Below, piece after piece: positions 24,208-36,534 of a DNA stretch of 46,944 nt; position 1 is the stretch's first letter, and the number at the start of each line of letters is the position of its first letter. The notes under the pieces are model-generated. The model saw nothing but the letters and a program-made list of their open reading frames with translations, had not been told where the DNA came from and ran no database searches. The translations under genes and the position numbers were made by a program. Source of the DNA: Malacoraja senta (Eukaryota); the NCBI GenBank assembly GCA_038087875.1, contig JAXLNO010000672.1, positions 62,001-108,944 on the forward strand, read 5' to 3'.

Positions 24208-25304
24208 ATGCAAGACACCACACAAAATAAAATAGGTGGAATTACGTTTTGCAGCTGGAACGTAAGGGGTATGAATGACCCAATCAAAAGGGGTAAGATC
24301 TTGGCACAATTAAAGTCATTCAAGGCCGACATAATTTTTTTACAGGAAACACACCTGAAATTACAAGCGCAGACAAGGCTGAGGGCTAATTGGATCGGTC
24401 AGACATACCAATTCTCATATAGTACTAAATCTAGAGGCACAGCAATCATAATTCGAAAAGGAATACCATTTAAACTAAAGAATAAAATAATAGACAAAGA
24501 TGGGAGGTATGTCATAGTTACGGGAGAGATAAACTCGACCACAGTTACCTTAGTAAATATTTATGCGCCAAATTTTGATAATCCTCAATTCTTTAATAAA
24601 ATTTTGAACTTAATCTTAGAGCTTAATTATCAAAATGTAATATTTGGAGGAGATTTCAATTGCGTTCTTGACAATTATTTGGATAAATCAACACAACAAA
24701 AAAGATTAAACATTAAATCTAAATCTAGTGAACTCTTAAATACATATATAAAAAATACAAACATAACAGATGTATGGAGGATTGCAAATCCAGCCGGACG
24801 GGAATATTCTTTCTACTCAATGGTACATAAAACCTACTCACGAATTGATTACTTTTTAGTAGATACGAAATTAATTCCATTTACATCAAATCCAAAATAC
24901 CATAGTAGTATCATTTCAGATCATGCGCCGTTACCTTTTTTCTTAATAATAGAAGGAATGACCAATAAAAATTTGTTCTCGAGATTTAATCCCCAAATTA
25001 CAAGCAACCCACAGGGTTGTGCATATCTAAGAGAACAGATGGAATTTATTTTTTAGACCAATGATACACCAGGTATATCACCCTCATTATTATGGGAATC
25101 GTTTAAGGCATTTATCAGAGGATCGATAACTTCATATCAAGCATTTCAAAATTTAAAAAATAAAATGGAACAACTGGAATTTAGAAGAAAAAATTAGACA
25201 ATTGGACTTAGACAACGCCAAAGACCCAACTAGGGATAAACATAAGATATTAATATTGAAATTTAAATTAAATAGAATCTTATCCGAAAGAATTATTAGA
25301 CTAT
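24208..25304 (+). pseudogene. L1-2 ORF2 N-terminal part (APE endonuclease)
   Basis: SWNVRG, FLQETH, NIYAPN, GGDFN, YSRIDYF, SDH. Confidence 0.93.
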
Positions 25305-27891
25305 CTCCACGCTTACAAACACTGTATGAGTACACTTACATGCAACAGAAATTGCCAGAAACTTTAAACGAATCTACAATAACACTTATACCAAAGGCGG
25401 ATAAGGATCCCGAAGACCCAGGCTCATACAGAGCAATTGCTCTTTTAAATACCGATCAGAAAATATTAACTAAAATCCTAGCACACAGATTAAGTACAGT
25501 GATGAATAAATTAATACACCCTGACCAAACAGGTTTTATCCTGAAACAGTATTCATATTATAATTTGAGACGATTATTTAATATAATATATTCAAAGAGA
25601 ATCACTAACGAAGACCTAGCAATAATCTCACTAGATGCTGAGAAAGCATTTGATCAGGTTGAATGGCCCTATTTATTTTCGGTGATGGAAAAATTGCAAT
25701 TGGGTGAGAAGTTCTGTACATGGGTAAAACCTTTATATACTAACCCAACAGCTGGAATATTAACAAATCAAATGTTATCATCTAAATTTAATTTATCTAG
25801 AGGTTGTAGACAAGGATGCCCGTTATCTCCGTTATTATTTGCACTTGCTATTGAGCCACTTGCTGAAAGAGTTAGGACCCACCCGGAAATATACGAGTAT
25901 AATACTAAAGACACAGTGAATAAAATTTCTTTATACACAGATGATGTATTAATTTACATCACAAAACCAGAAATTAGTATTCCTACTTTATTAAATTTAA
26001 TAACTCTTAGGTTTGCTTTCCGGATACAGAATTAATTGGAATGAAAGTGAAATTATGCCAATAACGGAACATAACTCAGACATATTACAACAATTCCCGT
26101 TTAAAATAGTTAATGAAAAATTTAAATATCTAGGAATTTATGTCACTAAGACATATGCATCATTATTTAAATTAAATTTTCCCCCTTTACTGAATAAACT
26201 ACATAAGAATATTCAGTATTGGAAAACACTTCCTATTTCAATGTTTGGTAAAATTAATGCCATAAAAATGATTTTTTTACCGCAAATATTATACCTTTTT
26301 CAAACAATTCCGATATATTTGCCAAAAAACTTCTTTAAAAAGTTGGATTCCATTATCACTGATTTTATCTGGGATTATAAGAATCATAGGATAAGCAAAA
26401 AACATTTGTGCAAATCAAAAATAAATGGAGGTTTAGCTTTACCAAATGTTTTGTTTTATTTTTGGGTAGTTAACATTAAAAATATGAACTTTTGGCTGGA
26501 AGAAATGGATCAGCAACTGGATTGGTTAAAAATGGAAAAGGAAGATTGTTTACCCTTTGAAATTGGTTCGATACTGTTTGCTACCTCAAAATTGAATTAA
26601 AAAATTTACAGGGAAAATCCTATAATATACAGTGGTATGCGAATTTGGAAACAATTAAAAACGACCTTAAAATTGGATAATTTATCACTCTTCCCATCGC
26701 GAATAACCCTTTATTTAAACCTTCTAGGTTAGATATAGGTTTTATACAACGGAAAAATTATGGAATTAAAATGATGGGACAACTTTATAAGAAAGGCACC
26801 TTTCTTTCATTTCAGGAGCTACAACAGACTTATGGACTCCACTTAAATATTTTTTTCAGATATCTACAACTTAGAGATTATGTTAAAGCAAACACTCAAA
26901 ACTTTAGAACTAGAGATCCAGAAATCCTTGATGACTGTTTGAATAAACACCCTAATACAGAAAAATTAATATCTCATATATATAACACTTTATTAGATAG
27001 TGAGATACCATCAACGGATTTATATAGGCAAACATGGTAAAATGAACTAATCCAAACAATAACGAAAGATACTTGGGATGAAAGTTGACAACATATACAT
27101 CAATGTTCATTAAATGCCAGACACTCTCTAATACAATTCAAAGTACTACATAGATTACATTATTCTAAAACAAAACTAAACAGAATCTTCCCACATATCT
27201 CCCCTATTTGTGATAAATGTCAACATTTAGATGCTAACCTAACTCATACATTCGCGAATTGTATAAAAATCAAAAAAATTGGGCAGACATTTTTAGAATA
27301 TTATCTATAGTTGTCAATACTCAATTGGATCCTGATTCAAAATTAATAATACTAGGGATATTTGAACAGTCAAACACTTACAACAACTCAAAGAAACTTT
27401 ATCAATTATAGTATAATAACTGGAAAAAAATTAATATTAAAATTTTGGAAAGGTCCTATAACCCCCACAATTAAAATGTGGATTATGGAAATGTCAGAGA
27501 CTTTACATTTGGAAAGAATTAGATTTGTCCTAATGGACAAACAAGAACTATTTATCAGAACATGGTCTCCATTTATTGACTACTTGAAGGGGCAGACTGG
27601 TTCGACACGAGAACCTGACTGAAACTCGAATCAAGGATTAGATGAAAAGTTATATTTAAAAATGTACGAATATATCTCCAATGTTGTACTTTTAGTAAGT
27701 TATTCCATTCTTCTTTATTATCCCTTTTTTTCTTTTTCTGCTATTCTCTTATTTTCTATCTATATATTTTTTTAAACTACTAGAGGTAGCGCGAATATCG
27801 ATCGATAATATTAGTAATGTAGGAATGAAATACATGAAATGTTTTCAATATGATATGTACCTGCCTCTAATAAAAATATGATTTAAAAAAA
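25305..27891 (+). mobile_element. 5'-truncated L1 (L1-3) nested in L1-2 ORF2
   Basis: Degenerate RT to C-terminus (stop at 27622), its own AATAAA and poly(A). TSD AAAGAATTATTAGACTAT at 25287-25304 and 27892-27909. Confidence 0.93.
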
Positions 27892-27909
27892 AAAGAATTA
27901 TTAGACTAT

Positions 27910-30575
27910 TTCAAATTACAAAACAGGAAAATTTTGAATTTGGCGACAAGCCACATAAACTCTTGGCACGACAAATGAAAAAACGGGAAAAGGAACATAC
28001 GATTTCTAAAATTAGGTCAGATAAAGAGGAATTGATAACACTACCCAAAGATATTAACAAAAGATTTGCTCAATTCTACCAAAATTTATATACATCAAAA
28101 GTATCAACAGATAATGTCAAAATCACAAACTTTTTGGAAAAATATAATCTCCCAAAACTTAATGTGATGGAACAGGAAGAATTAGGAGCTCAAATCACAA
28201 TTAATGAAATAGAAGAGTCAATAAAGTCTTTGAAGAACGGTAAAACACCAGAACCGGATGGATTTAGTAATGAATTCTATAAACAATTTTATGAAACAAT
28301 TTCTCCACGTCTACAGAAACTTTACATATATGCATTCAAAGAACAGAAATTACCAGAAACATTGGCGGAATCGACTATAACACTAATACCTAAAAAGGAT
28401 AAAGACTTAGAACACCCCGGGTCATATAGAGCCATTGCATTATTAAATACAGATCAGAAAATATTAGCTAAAACCTTAGCAAGAAGACTAAGTAAATATA
28501 TTAGTAAATTAATAAACCCGGATCAAACGGGGTTTATACCTAAGAGACATTCGCTTAATAATTTGAGACGTCTCTTTAACATAATGTATTCATATAAGAT
28601 AGAAGAGGAAGACATCAATTATTTCATTGGATGCAGAAAAAGCATTTGATCAGGCGGAATGGGTATACCTTTTTAAAGTATTACAAAAATTTCAAATGGG
28701 AGATAATTTTATCCTACCACGGCTAGAATACTGACTAATAATATACTATCCCCGAAATTTCAACTATCCAGGGGCAATAGACAGGGATGTGTTTTATCAC
28801 CACTTCTATTTGCCCTGGCGATAGAGCCCTTAGCAGAAAACATAAGAATGCACCCTAATATTCATGGTTATAACACTAAAAACTCTAATAATAAAATATC
28901 ATTATATGTAGATGATGCATTATTATACATTACAAAATCACACATTAGTATACCAAATTTATTAAATTTAATAGAAGAATTTGGTTCCTTTTCAGGATAC
29001 AGAATACATTGGAATAAAAGCGAAATAATGACGATAAAACCTCAAGAGTCAACACATCTTTTAAAATACCCCTTTAGAATTACGACAGAAAGATTTAAAT
29101 ATTTGGGTATTCAAATCACTAGAAAACATAAATCACTATTTAACGCAAACTACTTGCCCTTATTTACTAAAATAGAAACGTCGATCCAATTTTGGAAAAC
29201 ACTACCGATGTCCTTAATAGGCAGAATAAATGCCATTAAAATTATTTTTCTTCCACAAATACAATATTTATTCCAATCAATACCAACATACATACCTAAA
29301 AACTTCTTTAAAAAAATTGACTCATACATTTCAAATTTCATATGGGACAATAAATCCCATAGAATTCAAAGAAGACATTTATGTAAACCCAAAGAATACG
29401 GTGGACTTACACTTCCCAACTTTATGTACTACCATTGGGCAGTGAACATTAAAAATATAATGTATTGGTTAGACAGTTCAACACAACAGTTAGAATGGAC
29501 AATAATGGAGAAGGAGGATTGCACTCCTTTTAATATAGGAGCGATCCTTTTCTCACCAATAAAACTGAAAAACACAATATATAATAGAAACTCGATGATT
29601 CACAGTACAATACGAATTTGGAGACAAATAAAATCCTCTCTTAAACTAAGAAATCTTTCGCTTCTTTCACCGATAGCTAACAACCCCACGTTTAAGCCAT
29701 CGACTATTGACAAAACATTTATTCTCTGGGAACGATTAGGAATTAAGACTTGGAAAGATTTGTATGAAGTGGGAAATTTTTTACCATTACAAGATTTACA
29801 GCTTAAATACAACTTAGAAAGTAACCAATATTTTAGATATTTACAAACTCGAGATTATTTGAAAAAACATTAAAAAGATTATCAAAATTTGAAGTTGGAC
29901 CCTTCAGAACAATGCATGAATAGAAAGGCAGAATTGGATCACTTAACATCGTATTTTTATAATACTATCTTAAATATAGACATACCTTTGACAGAAGGTA
30001 TAAGGAAAGAATGGGAACAAGAATTGTCTATAGAAATCTCCAAGGACAGATGGGAAGACTATTTGTTATATATACATAAATGTTCGATCAACGTTAGACA
30101 TATATTGATCCAATTTAAAATTGTACACAGATTATATTACTCAAAAACAAAATTAAATACAAAAATTCCAAATGTCTCTCCCATCTGTGATAAGTGCCTA
30201 ACTAAAGAGGCAACAATAGCACATTCATTTGTTTCCTGTGCAAAACTTCAGAAATTTTGGAAGGACATTTTTTAAAGTTTTTCAAAAATATTTAAATTAA
30301 GACTGGACCCAAATACAGAATTGATTATTTTCGGAACAATGAAAGACTGTTCCGAACTCACTACATTTCAAAGATGTTTATTAAACTACGGTTTGATAAC
30401 GGCAAAAAAACGTATACTTAAATTCTGGAAAGACGCTCCTATCCCAACGTTTAAACTGTGGATTACAAATATGTCGGAAATACTACATCTTGAGGAAATG
30501 AGACTTCTTCTAGCAGGAAAACAAGAGCAATTCTTAAGAATATGGTCACCTTTCATTAATTTGTTACGGGTGTAA
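27910..30575 (+). pseudogene. L1-2 ORF2 remainder (RT and C-terminal zinc finger), frameshifted
   Basis: Resumes FQITKQENFEFGDKP right after the TSD; PDGFS, YRAIALLN, YVDD, CDKC. Confidence 0.92.
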
Positions 30576-31404
30576 TATGGTGCAACACAACCCTGGAAAA
30601 CAATTATTTTAGAACTAGGTGATGGGTGTGAACCGTCAGGAATTAGACACATTCCCTTTCCTTCTTGCTTAGCCTTACCTTTTTTAGATTCCTTACTTAT
30701 TTTCTTTTCCTTTTCTTAAGGCCCCCCCTTTTTTTTCTTCTTCTTTTCTTTTCACATTTTCAAGCACGCAGACTACTTAACCATTATCATTCACTTAACG
30801 CCAATTACTGCGGACTACACTTCACTACTATCCTCACTCTTTTCTGCTTTCTCTTTTTTCTTTTCTCCTTTTCTATAATAGGTTAAAGTTTACAAAAAAG
30901 GGAAAATAAAGTTGTACAAGAAATGTAATATGTTGCATATTATGATTAAGATGTATGTACATTGCTTCTAATAAAATAAAAAAATTAAAAAACGAATTTG
31001 GTGGCCTTGCACCCTGCTTGAAGTGGTATGAAACTGCACTCGAATTTGGTGGCCTTCCACCCTGCTAGAAGTGGTAGGAAACTGCACTTGAATTTGGTGG
31101 CCTTGCACCCTGCTTGAAGTGGCATTTCAAGGAATAGCCGTGAGTCAACTGCCAGCCCACCAGCCTTGAGTGAGTGAGCTGCCGGCACACTAGGTTTGAG
31201 TGACTGAGCTGCCAGCCCAAGAATCCATTCGGCCCACAATGTCCATACTAGCCCTCTGGAAACCAGTCCATTCAGCCCACAACACCCATACTAGTGCTCC
31301 AGAAACCCCCCCCACTGGCCACCAATATTGGAATTGGTGGAGAGCTGGAATATTGCGTTGGGGGACCAACCCTCCCGTGTGAAGCTGGGTCCCACTTAGT
31401 CTAG

Positions 31405-32091
31405 TGTAATGATAAAAAGGAGGGAATGAAAGAGTTTAATGAAGTAGTAAGTTACAAGATGGATTCTGCTGTAGATTTAGAAGTTACAAAATGGATGCTT
31501 AACCTTTCCTCTAAACACTAGCAAGATTTTAGCACAGAGCATGAGATGTTTTGCCTTTTAATATAAACAGTAGTGAGATATCAGCACAAGAACACTAGAT
31601 GTTTTGCCTTTCTTCCATTACATAGCACAAAAACACCAGGTGTCTTGTCCTATAATATGAACACTAGCGAGATTTCAGCACAAGAATAGATGATTTGCCC
31701 TTCTGATATAAACATTCAGAAAGATGTACAGACATTGAATCAACAAGGTCAAAAAACAAGGCCGCTTGAATCTGCAAAAATAAGAAATAGCTTCTTCAAG
31801 CAAAACCTTTTGGGCATAACCTTTATCCGAAGAACCTGCCAAGCTTTGATATTACCCTATATGGACGAGGCAAGAGGCTGTACAATGCTCTGTAAGATAA
31901 AGAATTGCTGAGTTGCTGTTTATTCGGGTATAAATATATTTGATTGAACATTACATCTTTGTGTGGAACACGAGGAGCTTTGTAGTCTGTCATACTCGGA
32001 GCCTGTCCTCCCACACCCGCCTGGCGAAATAAAGAGGTTACTGTATTACTAACTTTTGTGTTATCTGTTTGAAGCGAATTGGACTTTAACA
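31405..32091 (+). mobile_element. LTR-like segment (solo or partial LTR)
   Basis: Four imperfect AGCACAA..GATGTTTTGCC repeats, then TATAAATA at about 31930, AATAAA at about 32028 and a ...TTAACA end before an old CR1 piece; no matching TSD. Confidence 0.45.
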
Positions 32092-33380
32092 TTCTCAGGT
32101 TAGGGGAGTCAAGAAATAGATGAGATAAGTTTAGGGGGAGAGGGAAAAGATTTAATAGGAACCTGAGTGGAATGGAATGAGGTGACAGAGGACATAGTTG
32201 AAACAGGTACAATAACAATATTTAAAAGTCATTTGGACAGAAACATGTATAGGAAAGGTTTAGTGGGATAGTTAGATTTAGCTCTTAGGGCTAAAGGTAT
32301 CAAGGGATATTCCTGCGCCTATTTTTCTATGTTTCTATGATATGAAACAAACGCAGGAACACAGGCCTAGTTTAGAAGGGGCATCTTGTTTGGCATGGAT
32401 GAATTGAATAGAAAGTCCCTTTTCCAACTGTAATCCACTTGTTCCACCTGACTGCTAAGTACACAGCTCTGCATGATCTGGTTACTGCCTGTTGCTGCAA
32501 CTACATGGCCTTGGTGTAATCTTTTATTACCTTATTTATAGATTACTTAGGTAACATTTTTAAACCTGCAGGAGAAATAGAAAATAACAAAATATATTAT
32601 GTAAGGGACGTTATGTTATAGTTGTAAAATACATTGATGATGATGCATTTGCAGTATTGTGTAGGAAGGAACTGCAGATACTGGTCTAAACCAAAGATAG
32701 ATACAAAAAGTTGGAGTAACTCAGCGGGATAGGCAGCATCTCTGCAGAGAAGGAATAAGTGACATTTCAGGTCGAGACTGTCTGAAGAAAGGTCTCAAAC
32801 CAAAAAAGTCCTTTTCTCCAGAAACGTCGTCTGACCCGCTGAGTTACTCCAGCTTTTTGTGTCTATTTGCAGTATTGTGTTCAGTTTTGGTCACCCTGCT
32901 GCAGGAACGATGTCATTAAGCTAGCAAAAGTACGGGTAAGATTTACGAGGATGTTGCCAGGGCTCGAAAGCCTGAGCTATACGGAGAGGTTGGGAAGCTA
33001 GAACTTTATTTCTTGCAGCTCAGGAGGCTGAAAGGTGGTCTTATAGAGGTGTATGAAATCATGAGGAGAATAGATAAGGTGATAAGCACAGAGATTGATA
33101 CCCAGGATAGGGGGAGTAAGAACCAGAAGTCATAGATTTAAGTTGAGAGCTGCAAATTTTCACTCAGTGGGTGGTGCATATGGTGGGAATGAGCTGCCAG
33201 AAGAGGTTGTTGAGCCGGGCTCTATAATAGCATTGAAAAGACACTTGGACAGGTACATGGATAGGAAAGGTTTAGAAGGAAATAGGCCAAACATGGACTT
33301 ATTGGACTACTTTGGATGGGGCATCTTCATCGGCATGCTTGGGTTGGGCTGGCCTGTTTCTGTGCTCTATGACTCCATAA
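32092..33380 (+). mobile_element. Decayed CR1 3' fragments
   Basis: Remnants such as NELPEEVVE..LKRHLDRYMDRKGLEG and TTTCTATG tails. Confidence 0.75.
32663..32864. mobile_element. Palindromic Penelope-derived miniature element
   Basis: Inverted arms ACAAAAAGTTGGAGTAACTCAGCGGG / CCCGCTGAGTTACTCCAGCTTTTTGT; 16-bp TSD ATTTGCAGTATTGTGT at 32647-32662 and 32865-32880; similar to the end of the Penelope at 42607. Confidence 0.8.
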
Positions 33381-33653
33381 TACTTTAATAAACTATATAT
33401 TATCTTCTAAATAAGAGTTAAAGTATGAAGTTAGTTTTATGCTATTGTTATGCCATGTATCTCAGTCAATCATAATATTTCCATTTATAGCCAGAGCGTG
33501 ACATGGTTCTGGTACTCTGCCTGAAGGGATGATGGAGGCAGAAAACCACATCACCTTTAATCAATACTTGGCTGCATACTTGAAAAGCTGTGTCCTGCAA
33601 CCTATGGACCTGGTGCTGGAAGATTGGATTAGGCTGGAAAAAGGTTATCAATA

Positions 33654-33977
33654 CACAAGGGTGCAGCGGTAGAGTTGCTGCCTCACAGCGCCAAAGACCC
33701 GGGTTCAATCCTGACAACGGGTGCTTGTCTGTACGGAGTTTGTACGTTCTCCCCGTGACCTGCGTGGGTTTTCTCCGAGATCTTCGGTTTCCTCCCACAC
33801 TCCAAAGACGTACAGGTTTGTAGGTTAATTGGCTTGGTACAAAGTATAAAATTGTCCCTAATGTGTGTAGGATAGTGTTAATGCATGTGGATCACTGGTC
33901 GGTGCGGACTCGGTGGGCCGAAGGGCCTGCTTCCACGCTGTATCTCGAAACTAAACTAAACTAAAACTAAACTAAAA
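33654..33977 (+). mobile_element. tRNA-derived V-SINE (HE1-like) with CR1-type tail
   Basis: A-box-like GGTGCAGCGGTAG, B box GGTTCAATCC, core GGAGTTTGTACGTTCTCCCCGTG, tail GGGCCGAAGGGCC...(CTAAA)n. Confidence 0.88.
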
Positions 33978-34478
33978 CAAATTGTCAAAAAGTCAAAAGT
34001 CACAGAAGCTGGTTACCAGAAATTACCAGAAATAAAACATACTGAGGACAAAGATGATTTGAACCAGGGGAACCAATATCCAGGCAGGCAGGTTTGCTAG
34101 TGCTACATAGGTGGGTTTAAACTAGATAGGCATGGGGGTGGAATCCAATGCAGGACTGAGACAGGTGAGAGGCTGGAAGTCGGTATAGATGGTGATGAAA
34201 GAAAGTTCAGTGGAGAGAATAGGCAGGAGTACGGCAGGGAGCGAGGAAGGACTGTTAAATTAAATTGCACTCACTTTAATGCAAGAGGCCTGACAGGTAT
34301 GGTGGAAGAACTCAGAGCATGGATAGGTACGAGCAACAGGGATGTTGTAGCCATTACAGAAATCCCTGTAGACTGGCAGATTAGTGATGCAGGGTATAGG
34401 TGCTACAGGAGAGATAGATGTGGGGATAAAAGCAGAGAGAGTTTTACTTTATTGATTAAGCAGAAAGTCACAGCTGTG

Positions 34479-35462
34479 GACGGCACAGTGGGTCAGCAGT
34501 AGTTGCTGCCTTATGCCCTTGTCCCACTTTGGAAACCTGAACGGAAACCTCTTGTGACCTTGCTCGCGACCCAAGGTTTCCATGAGGTCGCCGGAGGTTT
34601 TGGTCACTCTCCCTAATGATCGAAAGTGGTTTCCGCATGGTCGCGGCTTCATCTAGGTTGCTTCGATTGTTTCAACAAAATCAAAACCGGCCTCGACTAA
34701 AAATAGGTTGCCGTTTGGTCAAAGCCAGTGGAGTGGGGTCACTATTTAGTTACAGTCAGTCGAAGGCCATCTCCTTCGCTGACCGGCCATTTTGATTGGC
34801 TCATTGGAGTTTTCAGGACCTAGAAGACCCGCCGGTAGGTAAAATGCCCGCTAACTTTATTAAATTTCTTAAAACTCTCCACTCCTTCTCCCCCACCTTC
34901 TCCCCCACCTTCTCTCCCCTTCTCCCCACTTCTCCCCACTTGTCCCCCCCTCTCTCTCCCCTTCTCTCTCCCCTTCTCTCTTCCCTTCTCTCTCCCCTTC
35001 TCTCTCCCCTTCTCTCTCCCCTTCTCTCTCCCCTTCTCTCTCCCCTTCTCTCCCCTTCTCTCTCCTTCTCGCCCCTTCTCTCCCCTTCTCTCCCCCCCGC
35101 GCTCTCTAAAGGACTTACCGTGCTCTGTGGCAGCCGTTTACCTTCCTCTTCATCGCGCAGACAGAGCTCCTCCACTCTCCATGGCCACCACCATCGCGAT
35201 GTTTGTGTGTGTGTGTGCGGTCGGTAGCAAAGATCCTATAGGATCTTTGGTCGGTAGATGCAGCTCACGCTTCAGTCGATCCAGGTCGAGGCTTCCCAGG
35301 CGAGTGAGCAAAACCTCCGGCGACCTCATGGAAACCTTGGGTCACAGGCAAGGTCATCAGAGGTTTCCGTTCAGGTTTCCCATGTGGGACAGGGGCATTA
35401 CAACACTAGAGACTCGGCCTTAAATACAGGTGCTGTCTGTATGGAGTTTGTACGTTCTCTCT
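34479..35462 (+). mobile_element. Truncated V-SINE split by the MITE
   Basis: GGCACAGTGG..GTTGCTGCCTTA|CAACACTAGAGAC..GGAGTTTGTACGTTCTC rejoins when 34514-35400 is removed. Confidence 0.75.
34514..35397. mobile_element. Non-autonomous DNA transposon (PIF/Harbinger-type MITE)
   Basis: About 95-bp imperfect TIRs starting TGCCC(T/C)TGTCCCAC; TTA TSD at 34511-34513 and 35398-35400; internal 12-bp CCCCTTCTCTCT minisatellite. Confidence 0.85.
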
Positions 35463-35939
35463 GTTCGACCATTGTTCTATTAGCTTTAAAATAGTTATGG
35501 ATAAAGTCAGGGCGGGCCCACGAGTTAAAATTGGAGCAAGCCCATGTTTGATGATATGAGACAGGAACTTTCTCGTTGATTGGAGTAGGTTGTTTGCAGG
35601 CATAGGAACGTCCAGAAAGTGAGATGCTTTTAAAATTGTAAGGACAAGAGTTCAGAGCATGCATGTTCCAGTTAAAGTGAAGGGCAAGCCAATTGGCTAT
35701 GAAGCATGGATGACAAGAGAAATTGAGGCTCTGGTCAAGGAATAAAAGGAGGTGTGGGACAGGTATATGCAGCTGGTATTAAGTGTATCCCTGGAGAAGT
35801 TTCGGGAACTGAGGAGCAAGCTTAAAAAGGAAAAAGAATGGAGCATCTTGGTCAAGTTGGGCCAAGGGCTCGATTCCATGCTGTAAAATTCTATAACTCC
35901 ATGAGAAGAGATGTGGACCTCTTAAAATGAATAATGACA

Positions 35940-36265
35940 ATAGAACATAGAACAGTGCAGCACAAGAACAGGCCCTTCAGCCCACAATTTCTGTGCCGAA
36001 CATGATGCCAAGACATTTCACATATCTACCTACCTATATCCTTCAATTCTCTGCATATCCATATGTCTATCCAAAATTATTTTAAACGCATCTAACGTAT
36101 CTGGCAGCACGTTCTAGGCACATAACACCCTCTGAAAAAAATCTTGCCCTTGTAATATCCTTTAGACTGCCATCTCACCTTAAAGCTCTGCCCTGTAGTA
36201 TTTGATATTTCCACCCTGGGATAAAGATTCTGACTGTATATCCTATCTATGCCTTTTATAAATTC
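35940..36265 (-). mobile_element. CR1 3' end fragment
   Basis: (ATAGAAC)n tail followed by CAGGCCCTTCAGCCCAC and decayed ORF2 end, in reverse orientation. Confidence 0.75.
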
Positions 36266-36534
36266 CCCGTGAATCCAGACATTCTAGTACAATTTTATAA
36301 TTTTCTATAACAATATTCTAAATTAAAATCGTGGGCATGTTAATGTTAGTATTTTCAGTGAGGAAAGAAGAAAATATCCAGGATGGACCAAACAATGTAA
36401 CAGTGCACTGGATCATTGTGTGGAGGTAGCTTGCTGGCAACTGTGCATCTAACCACACTTAACCATTTCAGAAATGGAGACTGAGATACAAGGGCTCAGA
36501 AGGGATGTAGGCCACAGGCAGTATACGTCTGAGG

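Larger units (their letters stand above)
23627..30992 (+). mobile_element. 5'-truncated L1 (L1-2): part of spacer, ORF2, 3' UTR and A tail, interrupted by L1-3
   Basis: ORF2 starts at 24208 (MQDTTQNKIGGITFCSWN) and ends at 30575; AATAAA and A-rich tail to 30992; imperfect TSD CGAATTTCGGTGCCTT / CGAATTTGGTGGCCTT. Confidence 0.92.
1..31404 (+). mobile_element. Giant composite non-autonomous Helitron-like element (copy C); 5' end outside the window, heavily nested
   Basis: The satellite ends in AAAGTTGCCTTGCCT|TCTATATAATTAAAAGT (21885), the same junction as 43909-43940. With the CR1 and L1 inserts removed, 21885-22371 + 23463-23626 + 30993-31404 is colinear with 43924-44664 and ends ACTTAGTCTAG|T. 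Confidence 0.75.
34020..35900 (+). mobile_element. Old CR1-like ORF2 (APE region) remnants hosting a SINE and a MITE
   Basis: ELRAWIGT..DVVAITE..GYRCYRRDR at 34299-34480 and decayed continuation after 35465. Confidence 0.65.

Noticed and set aside
33654..33730. tRNA gene
   Set aside because: The A/B boxes belong to the tRNA-derived head of a SINE that continues into V core and CR1-like tail.
34796..35227. SPLL / GERR repeat proteins
   Set aside because: Translation of a 12-bp CT minisatellite inside a MITE.
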